Source of the DNA: Nitrospirota bacterium
GTDB taxonomy: Bacteria > Nitrospirota > JACRHJ01
Length of the DNA: 44,493 nt
Reading direction: 5' to 3'
Assembly: GCA_963845245.1 (NCBI GenBank)
Contig: CAWJRJ010000003.1
Coordinates: 1-44,493 of the forward strand
Shown here: positions 1 to 8,757 of the stretch, one piece after another
Numbering within the stretch: position 1 is the first letter of the stretch
Layout: each line of letters begins with the position of its first letter
Notes under the pieces: model-generated
The model's database searches: none
What the model was told of the DNA's origin: nothing
The model's input: the letters and a program-made list of their open reading frames with translations, nothing else
Program-made: the position numbers and the translations under genes

Positions 1-1332
1 CCACGTCTTCATGGCCGACTTCGCAGAGCACATAGGCGAGGCACCGCCGGCGGAGTCGTACCTCAACATGCAGAACATCATAGACGCCGCCATCAGGAGC
101 GGCTCGAACGCCGTGCACCCTGGCTGGGGGTTCCTTGCCGAGAACGCATCCTTTGCGCGTATGGTGATGGATGCCGGGCTCATCTGGATAGGCCCGCCAC
201 CCGCCGTAATAGACGAGATGGGCGACAAGATCCGGGCCAAGGAGCTTGCCATCAAGGCAAAGGTCCCGGTTATCCCGGGCATTTCGAACGTAACGAACAT
301 CAAGCAGATTAAAAAATGGATGAAGGACGACGATGTCGCCTACCCCATTATGATAAAGGCCGCGGCAGGCGGCGGCGGCAAGGGCATGGTCAAGGTATCG
401 GAAGACGCCGAACTCGACCGGGCGTTTGAGCAGGCCCGCTCGGAGGCCAAGAAGTCCTTCGGGGACGACACCATACTGGTCGAAAAATACATCGAACGCG
501 GCAGGCACATAGAGGTGCAGATAGTCGCGGACGAGCACGGGAACGTGGTGCACCTATACGAGAGGGAGTGCACCATCCAGAGGCGGAACCAGAAAATAAT
601 CGAAGAGGCCCCCTCACCCTCGCTTACTGAGAAACTCAGGTCGGATATCTGCTCAACGGCCGTGAACCTCATGCGCGAGATAGGATACACCACGGCTGGC
701 ACTGTAGAGTTCATATTCGATTCGGCCTCAAAGAAGTTCTACTTCCTGGAGGTGAACACCCGCCTTCAGGTGGAGCACGGCATAACCGAGCTTATAACCG
801 GCCTCGACATCGTCGGCATAATGATGGACACCGCAGTCGGCAAAGAAGCTGCCGTTTAAGCAGGCGGACATAAAACCGAACCGCTGGGCGCTTGAGGTGC
901 GGCTGAACGCGGAGGACCCGAAGAGCTTCAGCCCGTCCTTCGGTACGGTCACGCGCCTTCAGGTGCCGCAGGGTCCGGGCGTCAGGATAAACTCCGGGGT
1001 GTACGAGGGCGTTGATATACCGCCCTATTACGACTCGCTGTTCATGCTCCTGATGACGGCCGGGCCGGACCGGGCCGACGCCATCAGGGTAATGGACCGG
1101 GCACTCTCCCGCGACCTGCAGGGTCGAAGGGGTCAAGTCGCTTGCTCCGCTCCTTCTGAGCATAATAAGACACCCGTTATTCAAGAAGGGCGAGTTCTCC
1201 ACACGCTTCATCGAGGAACAGATGGACGAACTCGTCTCGATGTTCCAGGAGAAGGGCGCCGAGGACGAGGTCTTAAAGATTGCGAAATATGTCGCCGAGA
1301 TATCCGCGCTCGGCCCGCAAAGCTGGATGTAA
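1..1332 (+). CDS. Biotin carboxylase subunit (pyruvate/acetyl-CoA carboxylase A-type); 5' truncated by the window, split by indels at about 845 and 1117
   Basis: Motifs HPGWGFLAEN, MGDKIRAK, KAAAGGGGKGM, RHIEVQ, ERECTIQRRNQK, FLEVNTRLQVEH in 11..859; RLNAEDP and YYDSL in the 897..1355 frame; third frame ends ...LGPQSWM at TAA 1330-1332. Confidence 0.88.
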
Positions 1333-1347
1333 GGGAGAACGGTACGG

Positions 1348-3411
1348 ATGGCTGAACTTGTTATTATAAAACCGGGAATGACGCCCCGCGAGATAGTAAA
1401 GAAGGTCATGGCATCGGAGGGTGTGATGTTCACATCCGTCGGTATGCGCGACGCGGGCCAGTCCGACTTCAAGAACCGCCACCGCATCTACGACCTTGCC
1501 ACACTTGCCCCTCACTATGAAAAGATGGGGCTTTTCAGCGCGGAATGCCACGGCGGCGCGAGGTGGCACGTCGGCATAATGAACAGGCGCGAAAGCCCGT
1601 TCGAGGAGATAGAGCTTCTGCGCAGGCTTATGCCGAACGTCCTGACCCAGACGCTGATACAGGGAGACGAACCTCTGGGGTTACAGGCCATACCCAAAAA
1701 ATGTCATAGAATACGCCGTCGAGCGCGTCGACATCGACGTATGGCGTTGCTTCTCGTTCTTAAACGACGTCCGCAACATGCGCGCCGTGGCCGAGACCGT
1801 CATGAAGAGGGGCAGGCTGTTCGAGCCTTCCATCTCATACACGCAGGCGGACTGGACCACCACTGAATATTACCTCGGTGTCGTGAAGGACATCGTCGAC
1901 CTGTGCGGCGGCACCGACGAGATAGTGCTCTGCATAAAGGACATGGCGGGCGTAGGCAGCGTCAACCGCATCGGCACGGTAATCGACGCGATAAAGCAGA
2001 AATACCCGGGGCTTGTGATACAGTACCACAGGCACATAACGGACGGACTGGTAATGCCGGCTTTCCTCGCGGCCGCAAAGGCGGGCGCAAAGATATTCGA
2101 CGTGGAGGAAGACTCGCTCGTGCGTTTCTACGGCCACCCGCCGGTGCTAAGCGTGCAGTCCTATTTCGAGGAATCTGGCATCCCGGTACACCTCGACAGG
2201 GCTGAGGCCGAGGCCGCCGTCCAGAAGGTGCGCGAGTGGATAGGCCAGTACGAATGGGCCGAGTCGCCTTTCAAGGGATACGACCACACCGTAACGCTCC
2301 ACAGGATGCCGGGCGGCGCGTTCCCGAGCTCTTTCGAGCAGGCCCACAAGGGCGAGTTCCTGCACCAGATGCCTGCCATCCTGAAGGTCATGTCGCTCTA
2401 CAACAGGATGATACACTATTTCGACGTCACTCCCGGCTCGCAGATAACCTGGGTCACATGCAGCGGCATAGTGAACAGGTACGCAAAGGAAAAGGGCGAT
2501 GCCGGGGTGCGGCACATCACAGAGCTGCTCACAAAGTTCGTCGAGGAAAAGAACTGCGACTTCTCGGAGATGGAAAAGGCCGAGGAGGATGAGCTCCTCG
2601 AACTCTTCAGGAACGCGCCAGGAGACTTCAAGTCTCTGCTGATGGGCAACTACGGCAGGCTGCCGATGGGCTGGCCGCCGCACTGGGTATACAGGAGCGC
2701 CTTCGGGGACGACTGCCTGAAGATGATAAAAGACCGCAAGGAGACCTCGCCGCTTGAGAGCCTTGAGGACGAGGACCTGGACAAGGCCCGCGCCGCCCTT
2801 GCGGAGAAGCTTGGCAGGCAGCCGTCGGAGGAAGAGTTCATAATATACCTGATGCACCCCAAAGAGGCACTCGGGATGTTCGAGTTCAGGGAGAAGTACG
2901 GCGAGGCCCCGATGGTGCTCCCTACCGACGTCTGGCGAGCAGGGACTCAAAAACCCCGGCGACAAGGTGGATTTCGAGCTGTGGGGCAAACCATACTCCA
3001 TCGAACTTGTGTCCATCGGCTCGGAGCACGAGGGGATAATACACGTCGTCATGCGGGTGAACAACAAGACCCGCGTATACGCCGTCGAGACCCCGAGGGT
3101 GAAGAAGGCAGAGATCCGGATGGCCAGGAAGCCGAACGAGGTGGGCGCCGGGATAAGCGGCAACATCTGGCGGATAGGCAATCCTGAACGCGGCCCGGTG
3201 AAGGAAGGCGATATCGTCCACAAGGGCGAGGAGATCGCGAACCTTGAGGCGATGAAGATGGAGAACGCGATACTCGCGCCGATGGACGGCCAGATAACCG
3301 AGGTATGCGTGCGCTTAAACGAGAGCGTGCAGGAGGGTCAGCTTGCTGTTCCTGATAGGGCCAGTCACGAAAGATTCACACGAGATAACACCGAGCCAGC
3401 CCCACCTGTAA
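1348..3411 (+). CDS. Carboxyltransferase plus biotin-carrier subunit (pyruvate carboxylase B / oxaloacetate decarboxylase alpha-like), split by indels at about 1660, 2940 and 3345
   Basis: RDAGQS, CIKDMAG, HRH, MPGG and VTPGSQ carboxyltransferase motifs and C-terminal EAMKME biotinylation motif across ORFs 1348..1866, 1778..3187 and 2967..3461; corrected frame ends at TAA 3409-3411. Confidence 0.85.
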
Positions 3412-3421
3412 GCGCTGCCGC

Positions 3422-4054
3422 CTATGGCAGCACCTCAAAGCTTGACGACGAGCTTGAATAGCGTAACAGTCGTCCTGTCTCTATATCAAAATACCACCCA
3501 TGTAGCTGCAGTGAACCGGACTCCATCCTGGAGCGGATCCACGGGAAAGTCAGCAGGTTTTCAAGCGACACAAGTATTGCGGCCTGCTCGCATGCACGGG
3601 CCTGCATAGCCGGGTTCTTGTCCGGTAGTTCACGCAGCACCTGCTCCCGTGCCCGTTCGACTATTTGCATCCACTTGGCGATAAAGCCGGTGGCTCCTGC
3701 GTCGCACAGGCCTCCCATAAGGGCGCCTATCCCGCCGCACTGCGCATGCCCCAGGACTATGATGTGTTCGACCTCCAGGGTGAGCACGGCGTATTCCAGG
3801 GCCGCACTCACGCCGTGATACCCGTCACTCTCGTCATGCGGCGGTACAAGGTTGGCAACGTTGCGCACGACAAAAAGCTCGCCCGGGTCGCAGCCGAACA
3901 GGACTGCCGGGTCTATGCGCGAATCGCTGCAGCCGATTATAAGCGTATTCGGGTTCTGTCCTTTCTTGAGGACTGCAAACAGGCCCTGTTCCTCGGCAAA
4001 GTAATCAGCCTGAAACTTCTTGAAGCCTTTAATGAATTTGGCAATGTCGTTCAT
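3422..4054 (-). CDS. Beta-class carbonic anhydrase
   Basis: CSDSR, GELFVVRNVAN, HAQCGG zinc ligands, LHGWYFDI; likely start MNDIAKF at 4054 (ORF open to 4114). Confidence 0.95.
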   Translation of the reverse strand: MNDIAKFIKGFKKFQADYFAEEQGLFAVLKKGQNPNTLIIGCSDSRIDPAVLFGCDPGELFVVRNVANLVPPHDESDGYHGVSAALEYAVLTLEVEHIIVLGHAQCGGIGALMGGLCDAGATGFIAKWMQIVERAREQVLRELPDKNPAMQARACEQAAILVSLENLLTFPWIRSRMESGSLQLHGWYFDIETGRLLRYSSSSSSFEVLP

Positions 4055-4180
4055 GGCGGTATCGTTTCCCTGCCAGTGGTTATTGATGCCCGGTAATACT
4101 ACGTTATAGCCCATTATTAGTCAAGCATGACCATACCACTTTTCATAATTTCTCACTGACAAGTTAATGTTGTATCGTAT

Positions 4181-4219
4181 GCAAAAGGAGGGCGGCATTT
4201 CTGCCGCCCTCTTTTTTGC
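4181..4219. terminator. Intrinsic terminator (bidirectional-looking) after the large adhesin gene
   Basis: GAGGGCGGCA-TTTC-TGCCGCCCTC stem flanked by A-run and T-run. Confidence 0.85.
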
Positions 4220-4237
4220 CTCATTGCTTGCCGTTTT

Positions 4238-7200
4238 CTACTGGAAACCAGGACAGAACAACGTGTTGTCGATGTTAAGCACGTTGATGGCCTCCCCAAG
4301 TGAAATCGGCGAAGAACACGTCCCGCAGTACGCGCAGGAATAGAAATCCACGACACTAGCGGTAGTCGTGAAGGGATAGGCCAGCTTACCCAACTCAGCC
4401 TCGCGCGAGTTGAGCAGTGCCGAAGCGGCCTGTCTGGTGAGCGCGAGCAAACCGCCTCCCTTCAGGCCGAGTGCTCCCGACATAGTCAATGTCAGCAGTT
4501 TGGGCGCACCTGTGGTCACTGTATAGCAAGGCAGGCTGGCCTGGATGATCTCCAACTTATCCGCCTTCGTGGCATCCGACGGGAAGGTAATGCCGTAGAA
4601 CGCCGTCACAAATAGTTCGTTCGGGCTGTATGGCGCCGGCCAATTTTTCGTATGGTTCTTCCAGTACCCGGGAGAGCAGCCTTGTCCAGGCACGCTGTCG
4701 TTAAACGTGACTGTCACGTTATCTCCGGGGTTAACCGTAAATGCAGCACCATTTGCAATAGTGACGGTACTCGATGTACCGTCGGAATGGACGGCAGTAA
4801 CGCTCACGGAGTCGAGTTCCCAGCCGATAGGCACTACCTCGGTCACGTGGTACGTACCCGGGGACAGGCAACCACTATCAAACGATCCGCCGCAGGATAT
4901 ATCTTTCGATGAAACACCATTGAGCGAAGGGCTGAAGTTGAACGTGAATGTCCCTGAACCGGATGTGCAGGACTTCTTGACGACAACCCTGCCGGACAGA
5001 GTATTCGTGAAGGTTACTGTCTTATCGTCGCCTGCATTGAGCGTGACGCAGGCATTGCCTGTCTGCTGGGCTGTCGTATCGTTATCGGAACCGCTTACCG
5101 CCGTCAGCTTCCAACAGCCTGATAGGACATCCTCTGTTACGCAGTAAGTCCCGGGCGCCAGGTCAGTAAAATCCTGCTTCCCCCCGTTTTGGAGAGAGAA
5201 CGTGGCGGGGGTTAGGCCCGGAGAGCTGAACCCGAAACTCGACTTAGTCGGATCCGGGTTTGGGAGAGTTGCCTTAACCACGTGGAACGACGCCAGCTTG
5301 CTGTCCGTAAACGTCACGACCACGTTTTCACCCGGCTGCAGATTGACCGTCGCAGTCGCAGTCGGTATGTTTGACGTGCTGTCAGCCGTGCAGTCTTCCG
5401 TGAACCCTATATTATTCAGGGTCCAGTGCGCGGGCACCGTCTCAATCACCGTGTATTTGCCTGCAGGCAGGCAGCCGAGGCCGAAATCCGTCGCGGCGGC
5501 CCCGCCAACCACTGGCTGGGAGTTAACGATGATATTTCCATTCGGGTCCTTAACCGTGAAATTGAATGACTCACCGGTTGGGGTGGAAACCTTAGCCACC
5601 TTGATGGTGCCCTTCTTGGAGTTCGTCATGGTCAGGACATTATTATCTCCAGCTTTCGGAGTGATGGTGACGGCATGGCTGGTTATGTCTAGCGGAGTCC
5701 CGTCCAGCGCCGCACTGTCCAACGACCAGCAGGACGGCAGGGTCTCCGTTATCGTGTATGTGTGGCCGGCCGTCAGGGTAATGGTGTCCGATGTCTGGCC
5801 GCAGGTCAGGCTCGGCGTGGCCACGTCCGTGTTGGTCGTGGTGTCGTGCACCGTCATGATGAACGCGGGAGTGCCCGCGTTGCAGCTAGTGCCACAGTCT
5901 TTCTTTATCTTCAGTGTCGCCAGCTGAATGTCGGTGAACGTCACCACCACGTTTTCACCCGGCTGCAGGTTGACCGTCGCAGTCGCCGTCGGTACGTCTG
6001 ACGTGCTGTCGGTCGTGCAGTCTTCCGTGAACCCTATATTGCTTAGGGTCCATAGCGCGGGCAACGTCTCGATTACCGTGTATTTGCCTGCAGGCAGGCA
6101 GCCGAGGCCGAAATCCGTCGCTACGGCCCCGCCAACCACGGGCTGAGAGTTGACTATGATATTTCCATTCGGGTCCTTGACCGTGAAATTGAAGGACGCT
6201 CCGGTCGGGGTGGAAACCTTAGCCACCTTGATGGTGCCCTTCTTGGAGTTCGTCATGGTCAGGACGTTATCATCTCCAGCTTTCGGAGTGATGGTGACGG
6301 CATGGCTGGTTATGTCTAGCGGAGTACCGTCCAGCGTCGCAGTGTCCAGCGACCAGCAGTCCGGCACGGTCTCCGTTATGGTGTACGTGTGGCCGGCCGT
6401 CAGAGTAATGGCATCAGAAGTCTGACCACAAGTCAGGCTAGGCGTTGCCACGTTCGTGTTGGCCGTGGTGTCGTGCACCGTCATAATGAACTCGGTAGAG
6501 CCCGTGTTGCAGCTCGTGCCGCAGTCCTTCTTTATCTTCAGTGTCGGCGGCTTCTGGTTGGTATAGTTAAACTCGAGCGAGGCCCCTGGGACCAGCGTGA
6601 AGCATGCGGTCTTCCCTTCATCCGAAAGGGTGACGGGGAGGCTTGACGGCGTAACGTCAAGGTTGACGAACTGCCAGCCGGACGGCACGGATGTCTCCGA
6701 GACGCAGTAATTGCCAGGGAGCAGGTTGTCAAAATCCTTCAGGTTCGAGTTCGCCCCGCACAGACTGAACGGCGTCTTGTCGTTGTTCGGATTGGTCAAT
6801 TCGAAGTCGAAAGCCTGGGAGGTGCAACCACCGGACGGAAGTGTGTCCTTACGGACGGTTATCGAGCCCAGTTGCTGGTTTTTGAACACACAGGTAACGT
6901 CACCAGCTGAGGCGAAAATCACATCGGCAGTCGCGTTCACCTGGTCGGCATTTACTGTAGCATTGTTGCCCGACGTGGTGAAGCAGGTGACGTTGACGAA
7001 GGCCCAGCCCCTGGGCGGGTCTTTCGGGAGGTCCGCCAGGTGCTCCGTTGCCGTATAAGTACCGGCGACAAGGTTACTGAACGTAGTCTGGTTTGAGAAC
7101 CCCTGTGATGGCGGGTCGTGGAGCGTGAACACTGTGCCGTTCACGTCGAAATTGAAGTCCTGCGTGTTATCCACAGGCTTCGCGCTCTTGATTATAGTAA

Positions 7201-8254
7201 GTGCGCTACAGGTGTCAAATGGCCCCATTACGAAGTCCGTCATGTTTGAGCCTATCGATGCGGATTCATGCGAGTGGACCTGCATCGTCTTGAAACAATG
7301 GCTAAAACCAAGGGCATCGACGTCTATACCGACCTCGGCGAATTCGCCCTGGGCCAGGCTGTCCAAGAGGCTCTTGGTGCCATCGCAGGTGCTCTGGTCG
7401 ACAACCCAGCTGTTGTAGTCCCCAAGCGGTGTTGGGTGTGTGGGTATGGTGCTGAAATTACCAAACGCGAGGATCCTTGTGTCCGTAGCCGGGTCTATAC
7501 CCTGGTCAACGAATATCTTGGCCGTATCGTCCCATTTCTGGACAGTTATGTCGGTAATCCTGCCGCCCTGGGTAAAGTCGAATGACACCAGGAGGTCGCC
7601 GCTGGTTCTTTTGCCGGAAAATGGATTCGCCGTGGAATCTGGCGTGACGCAATACGCCTGCTGAGGTGTGAGGCCGGCGCCATTCATCACGGGCTCTATA
7701 AGCCCCTCGTTGAACTCGAAATCGAAATGGGAATCGCCGTTATTTCCGAGGCGCTCTACGCCGCAGTATATTATGAGATTGCCGTTTACAGGGTCGGTTA
7801 TCCCATACGCATAAGCGTCCATTATATCCTGTTTGGAGTTCGCGTTGCCGAACTTCCAGTGCCAGTCAATGTCAGGCAACTGTCCAAGCTTGTTGCCAGC
7901 GGCAAAAACCGTATCGTTATGAGAATTTGTCTGGTCCTCCATGAAGACTGCGACAACCGGCGTAATACCTCTTGCCTTCAGGAAGGCGTCTCCGGCAGCC
8001 GACACCCTTCCCGAGTCCCTTGAGGAGTAATCAAATAGAGTCGACCAGTCAGGCACTTCGGGATTGCCGCAGATTGTTGTGCCGTGGTCATACCCCTGTA
8101 CCATCTGGGTTATATTGCAGGGAAACAGCGGGCCCTGTGGCCCCAACTGGAAACCGGTTTTCAGGTCAAAACCGGCGGCATACACCGTAGTTGACATTGC
8201 CAATAATAAGGCAAGCAAAAAAGCCGGACTAAGAAATCGCATTTTTCTCTTCAT
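4238..8254 (-). CDS. Large secreted adhesin-like protein (1338 aa) with eight SpaA/CnaB-like prealbumin-fold repeats and a C-terminal GCSPGYWKNH domain
   Basis: Uninterrupted ORF; signal peptide MKRKMRFLSPAFLLALLLAMSTTVYA; RBS GAGGTG; about 105-aa repeats with K...YxxxE...(F/M/Y)xN/D pattern; Thr/Cys rich. Confidence 0.85.
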   Translation of the reverse strand: MKRKMRFLSPAFLLALLLAMSTTVYAAGFDLKTGFQLGPQGPLFPCNITQMVQGYDHGTTICGNPEVPDWSTLFDYSSRDSGRVSAAGDAFLKARGITPVVAVFMEDQTNSHNDTVFAAGNKLGQLPDIDWHWKFGNANSKQDIMDAYAYGITDPVNGNLIIYCGVERLGNNGDSHFDFEFNEGLIEPVMNGAGLTPQQAYCVTPDSTANPFSGKRTSGDLLVSFDFTQGGRITDITVQKWDDTAKIFVDQGIDPATDTRILAFGNFSTIPTHPTPLGDYNSWVVDQSTCDGTKSLLDSLAQGEFAEVGIDVDALGFSHCFKTMQVHSHESASIGSNMTDFVMGPFDTCSALTIIKSAKPVDNTQDFNFDVNGTVFTLHDPPSQGFSNQTTFSNLVAGTYTATEHLADLPKDPPRGWAFVNVTCFTTSGNNATVNADQVNATADVIFASAGDVTCVFKNQQLGSITVRKDTLPSGGCTSQAFDFELTNPNNDKTPFSLCGANSNLKDFDNLLPGNYCVSETSVPSGWQFVNLDVTPSSLPVTLSDEGKTACFTLVPGASLEFNYTNQKPPTLKIKKDCGTSCNTGSTEFIMTVHDTTANTNVATPSLTCGQTSDAITLTAGHTYTITETVPDCWSLDTATLDGTPLDITSHAVTITPKAGDDNVLTMTNSKKGTIKVAKVSTPTGASFNFTVKDPNGNIIVNSQPVVGGAVATDFGLGCLPAGKYTVIETLPALWTLSNIGFTEDCTTDSTSDVPTATATVNLQPGENVVVTFTDIQLATLKIKKDCGTSCNAGTPAFIMTVHDTTTNTDVATPSLTCGQTSDTITLTAGHTYTITETLPSCWSLDSAALDGTPLDITSHAVTITPKAGDNNVLTMTNSKKGTIKVAKVSTPTGESFNFTVKDPNGNIIVNSQPVVGGAAATDFGLGCLPAGKYTVIETVPAHWTLNNIGFTEDCTADSTSNIPTATATVNLQPGENVVVTFTDSKLASFHVVKATLPNPDPTKSSFGFSSPGLTPATFSLQNGGKQDFTDLAPGTYCVTEDVLSGCWKLTAVSGSDNDTTAQQTGNACVTLNAGDDKTVTFTNTLSGRVVVKKSCTSGSGTFTFNFSPSLNGVSSKDISCGGSFDSGCLSPGTYHVTEVVPIGWELDSVSVTAVHSDGTSSTVTIANGAAFTVNPGDNVTVTFNDSVPGQGCSPGYWKNHTKNWPAPYSPNELFVTAFYGITFPSDATKADKLEIIQASLPCYTVTTGAPKLLTLTMSGALGLKGGGLLALTRQAASALLNSREAELGKLAYPFTTTASVVDFYSCAYCGTCSSPISLGEAINVLNIDNTLFCPGFQ
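5292..6545 (-). repeat. Intragenic tandem duplication of a 627-bp (209-aa) two-domain unit
   Basis: TTTATCTTCAGTGTCG at 5904 and 6531 (offset 627); protein segment TLKIKKDCGTSCN...QPGENVVVTFTD occurs twice, nearly identical. Confidence 0.93.
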
Positions 8255-8362
8255 AATTCACCTCTAAGCGCCATATAAAAGCCAATGCCCAGGTAAGACC
8301 GTGCCAAAATATGGATTTCCTGACAGACCTCCTTTCTGAAAAAAAGAGTCAATGAGGGTGAA

Positions 8363-8446
8363 TTCTTCGACAGCCTGGCAATATTCTTGATTGAAGACCC
8401 TAGGCTTTCCGCCCCCTCCTCAAGAAAGATTTGGCTTCATCTGGAA
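8363..8446 (-). ncRNA. GEMM / c-di-GMP-I riboswitch aptamer, gene-proximal copy, variant or degenerate
   Basis: Minus strand AGAUGAAG-CC-AAA-UCUUUC-UUGA-GGAGGGG-GCGG-AAA-GCCUAGGGUCUUC...GAAUAUUGCCAGGCUGUCGAA; same scaffold as the distal copy 154 nt upstream. Confidence 0.75.
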
Positions 8447-8488
8447 TGATTAAACGGGTATTTCATAAGACTTGGGGACAGTGGAAAT

Positions 8489-8533
8489 AAAAAATGCCGA
8501 GCTGCGAAAGAATGTCTCCTTCGGCAGCCCGGC
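8489..8533 (-). terminator. Riboswitch expression-platform terminator overlapping the 3' side of the distal aptamer
   Basis: Minus strand GCCGGGCUGCCGAAGGA...UCUUUCGCAGCUCGGC followed by AUUUUUU; left arm is the aptamer P3/P1 3' strand. Confidence 0.82.
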
Positions 8534-8599
8534 TATCTTCTTGGTTGAAGACCCTTGGCTTTCCGCCCCCCCCTCACGGAAGGTTTGGCTTTGTCGGAA
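8517..8599 (-). ncRNA. GEMM / c-di-GMP-I riboswitch aptamer, distal copy
   Basis: Minus strand CCGACAAAG-CC-AAA-CCUUCC-GUGA-GGGGGGG-GCGG-AAA-GCCAAGGGUCUUC...GAAGAUAGCCGGGCUGCCGAA; GNRA loop, G20, A47 and C92 equivalents (Vc2 numbering) all present. Confidence 0.92.
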
Positions 8600-8619
8600 T
8601 TGCTGGAAGTGTTATGGGT

Positions 8620-8649
8620 TAGTTAAACAGGGAAATGTTACTTTGTCAA
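8620..8649 (-). promoter_or_regulatory. Possible sigma70 promoter for the riboswitch-adhesin transcript
   Basis: Perfect TTGACA (+ strand TGTCAA 8644-8649); -10 is weak (TTAACT at 17-bp spacing). Confidence 0.45.
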
Positions 8650-8691
8650 GATTAAGCATATACTAAATACAATTTCTCCCCGCCTTTTAAT

Positions 8692-8723
8692 ACAAAGGGG
8701 CTACGGCCCAAGCCGCAGCCCCT
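8692..8723 (-). terminator. Terminator hairpin after the Gly-rich protein gene
   Basis: Minus strand AGGGGCTGCGGC-TTGG-GCCGTAGCCCCT followed by TTGTATT. Confidence 0.7.
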
Positions 8724-8757
8724 ACCATCCGCCTTATTTAAAAGATGTCAAGCAGGG

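Noticed and set aside
2147..3223. Long antisense ORFs (e.g. 2147..3223 minus, 5202..5927 plus, 37798..38583 plus) and the same-strand alternate-frame ORF 28025..29017
   Set aside because: Shadow frames of GC-rich real genes with no recognisable motifs (28025..29017 is real only from 28463 as the pabB 5' part)
840..3350. Programmed ribosomal frameshifting in the carboxylase genes
   Set aside because: Five breaks with no consistent slippery motif; same pattern in unrelated genes points to sequencing error
5292..6545. Diversity-generating retroelement TR/VR pair
   Set aside because: Repeats are adjacent in-frame domains, differences are not adenine-specific and no reverse transcriptase is present
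8293..8310. sigma54 promoter TGGCACG on the minus strand before the adhesin
   Set aside because: The -12 element reads CC at GG-N10 instead of GC
8363..8599. Classical cGAMP (GEMM-Ib) riboswitch call
   Set aside because: Both aptamers have G, not A, at the position-20 equivalent
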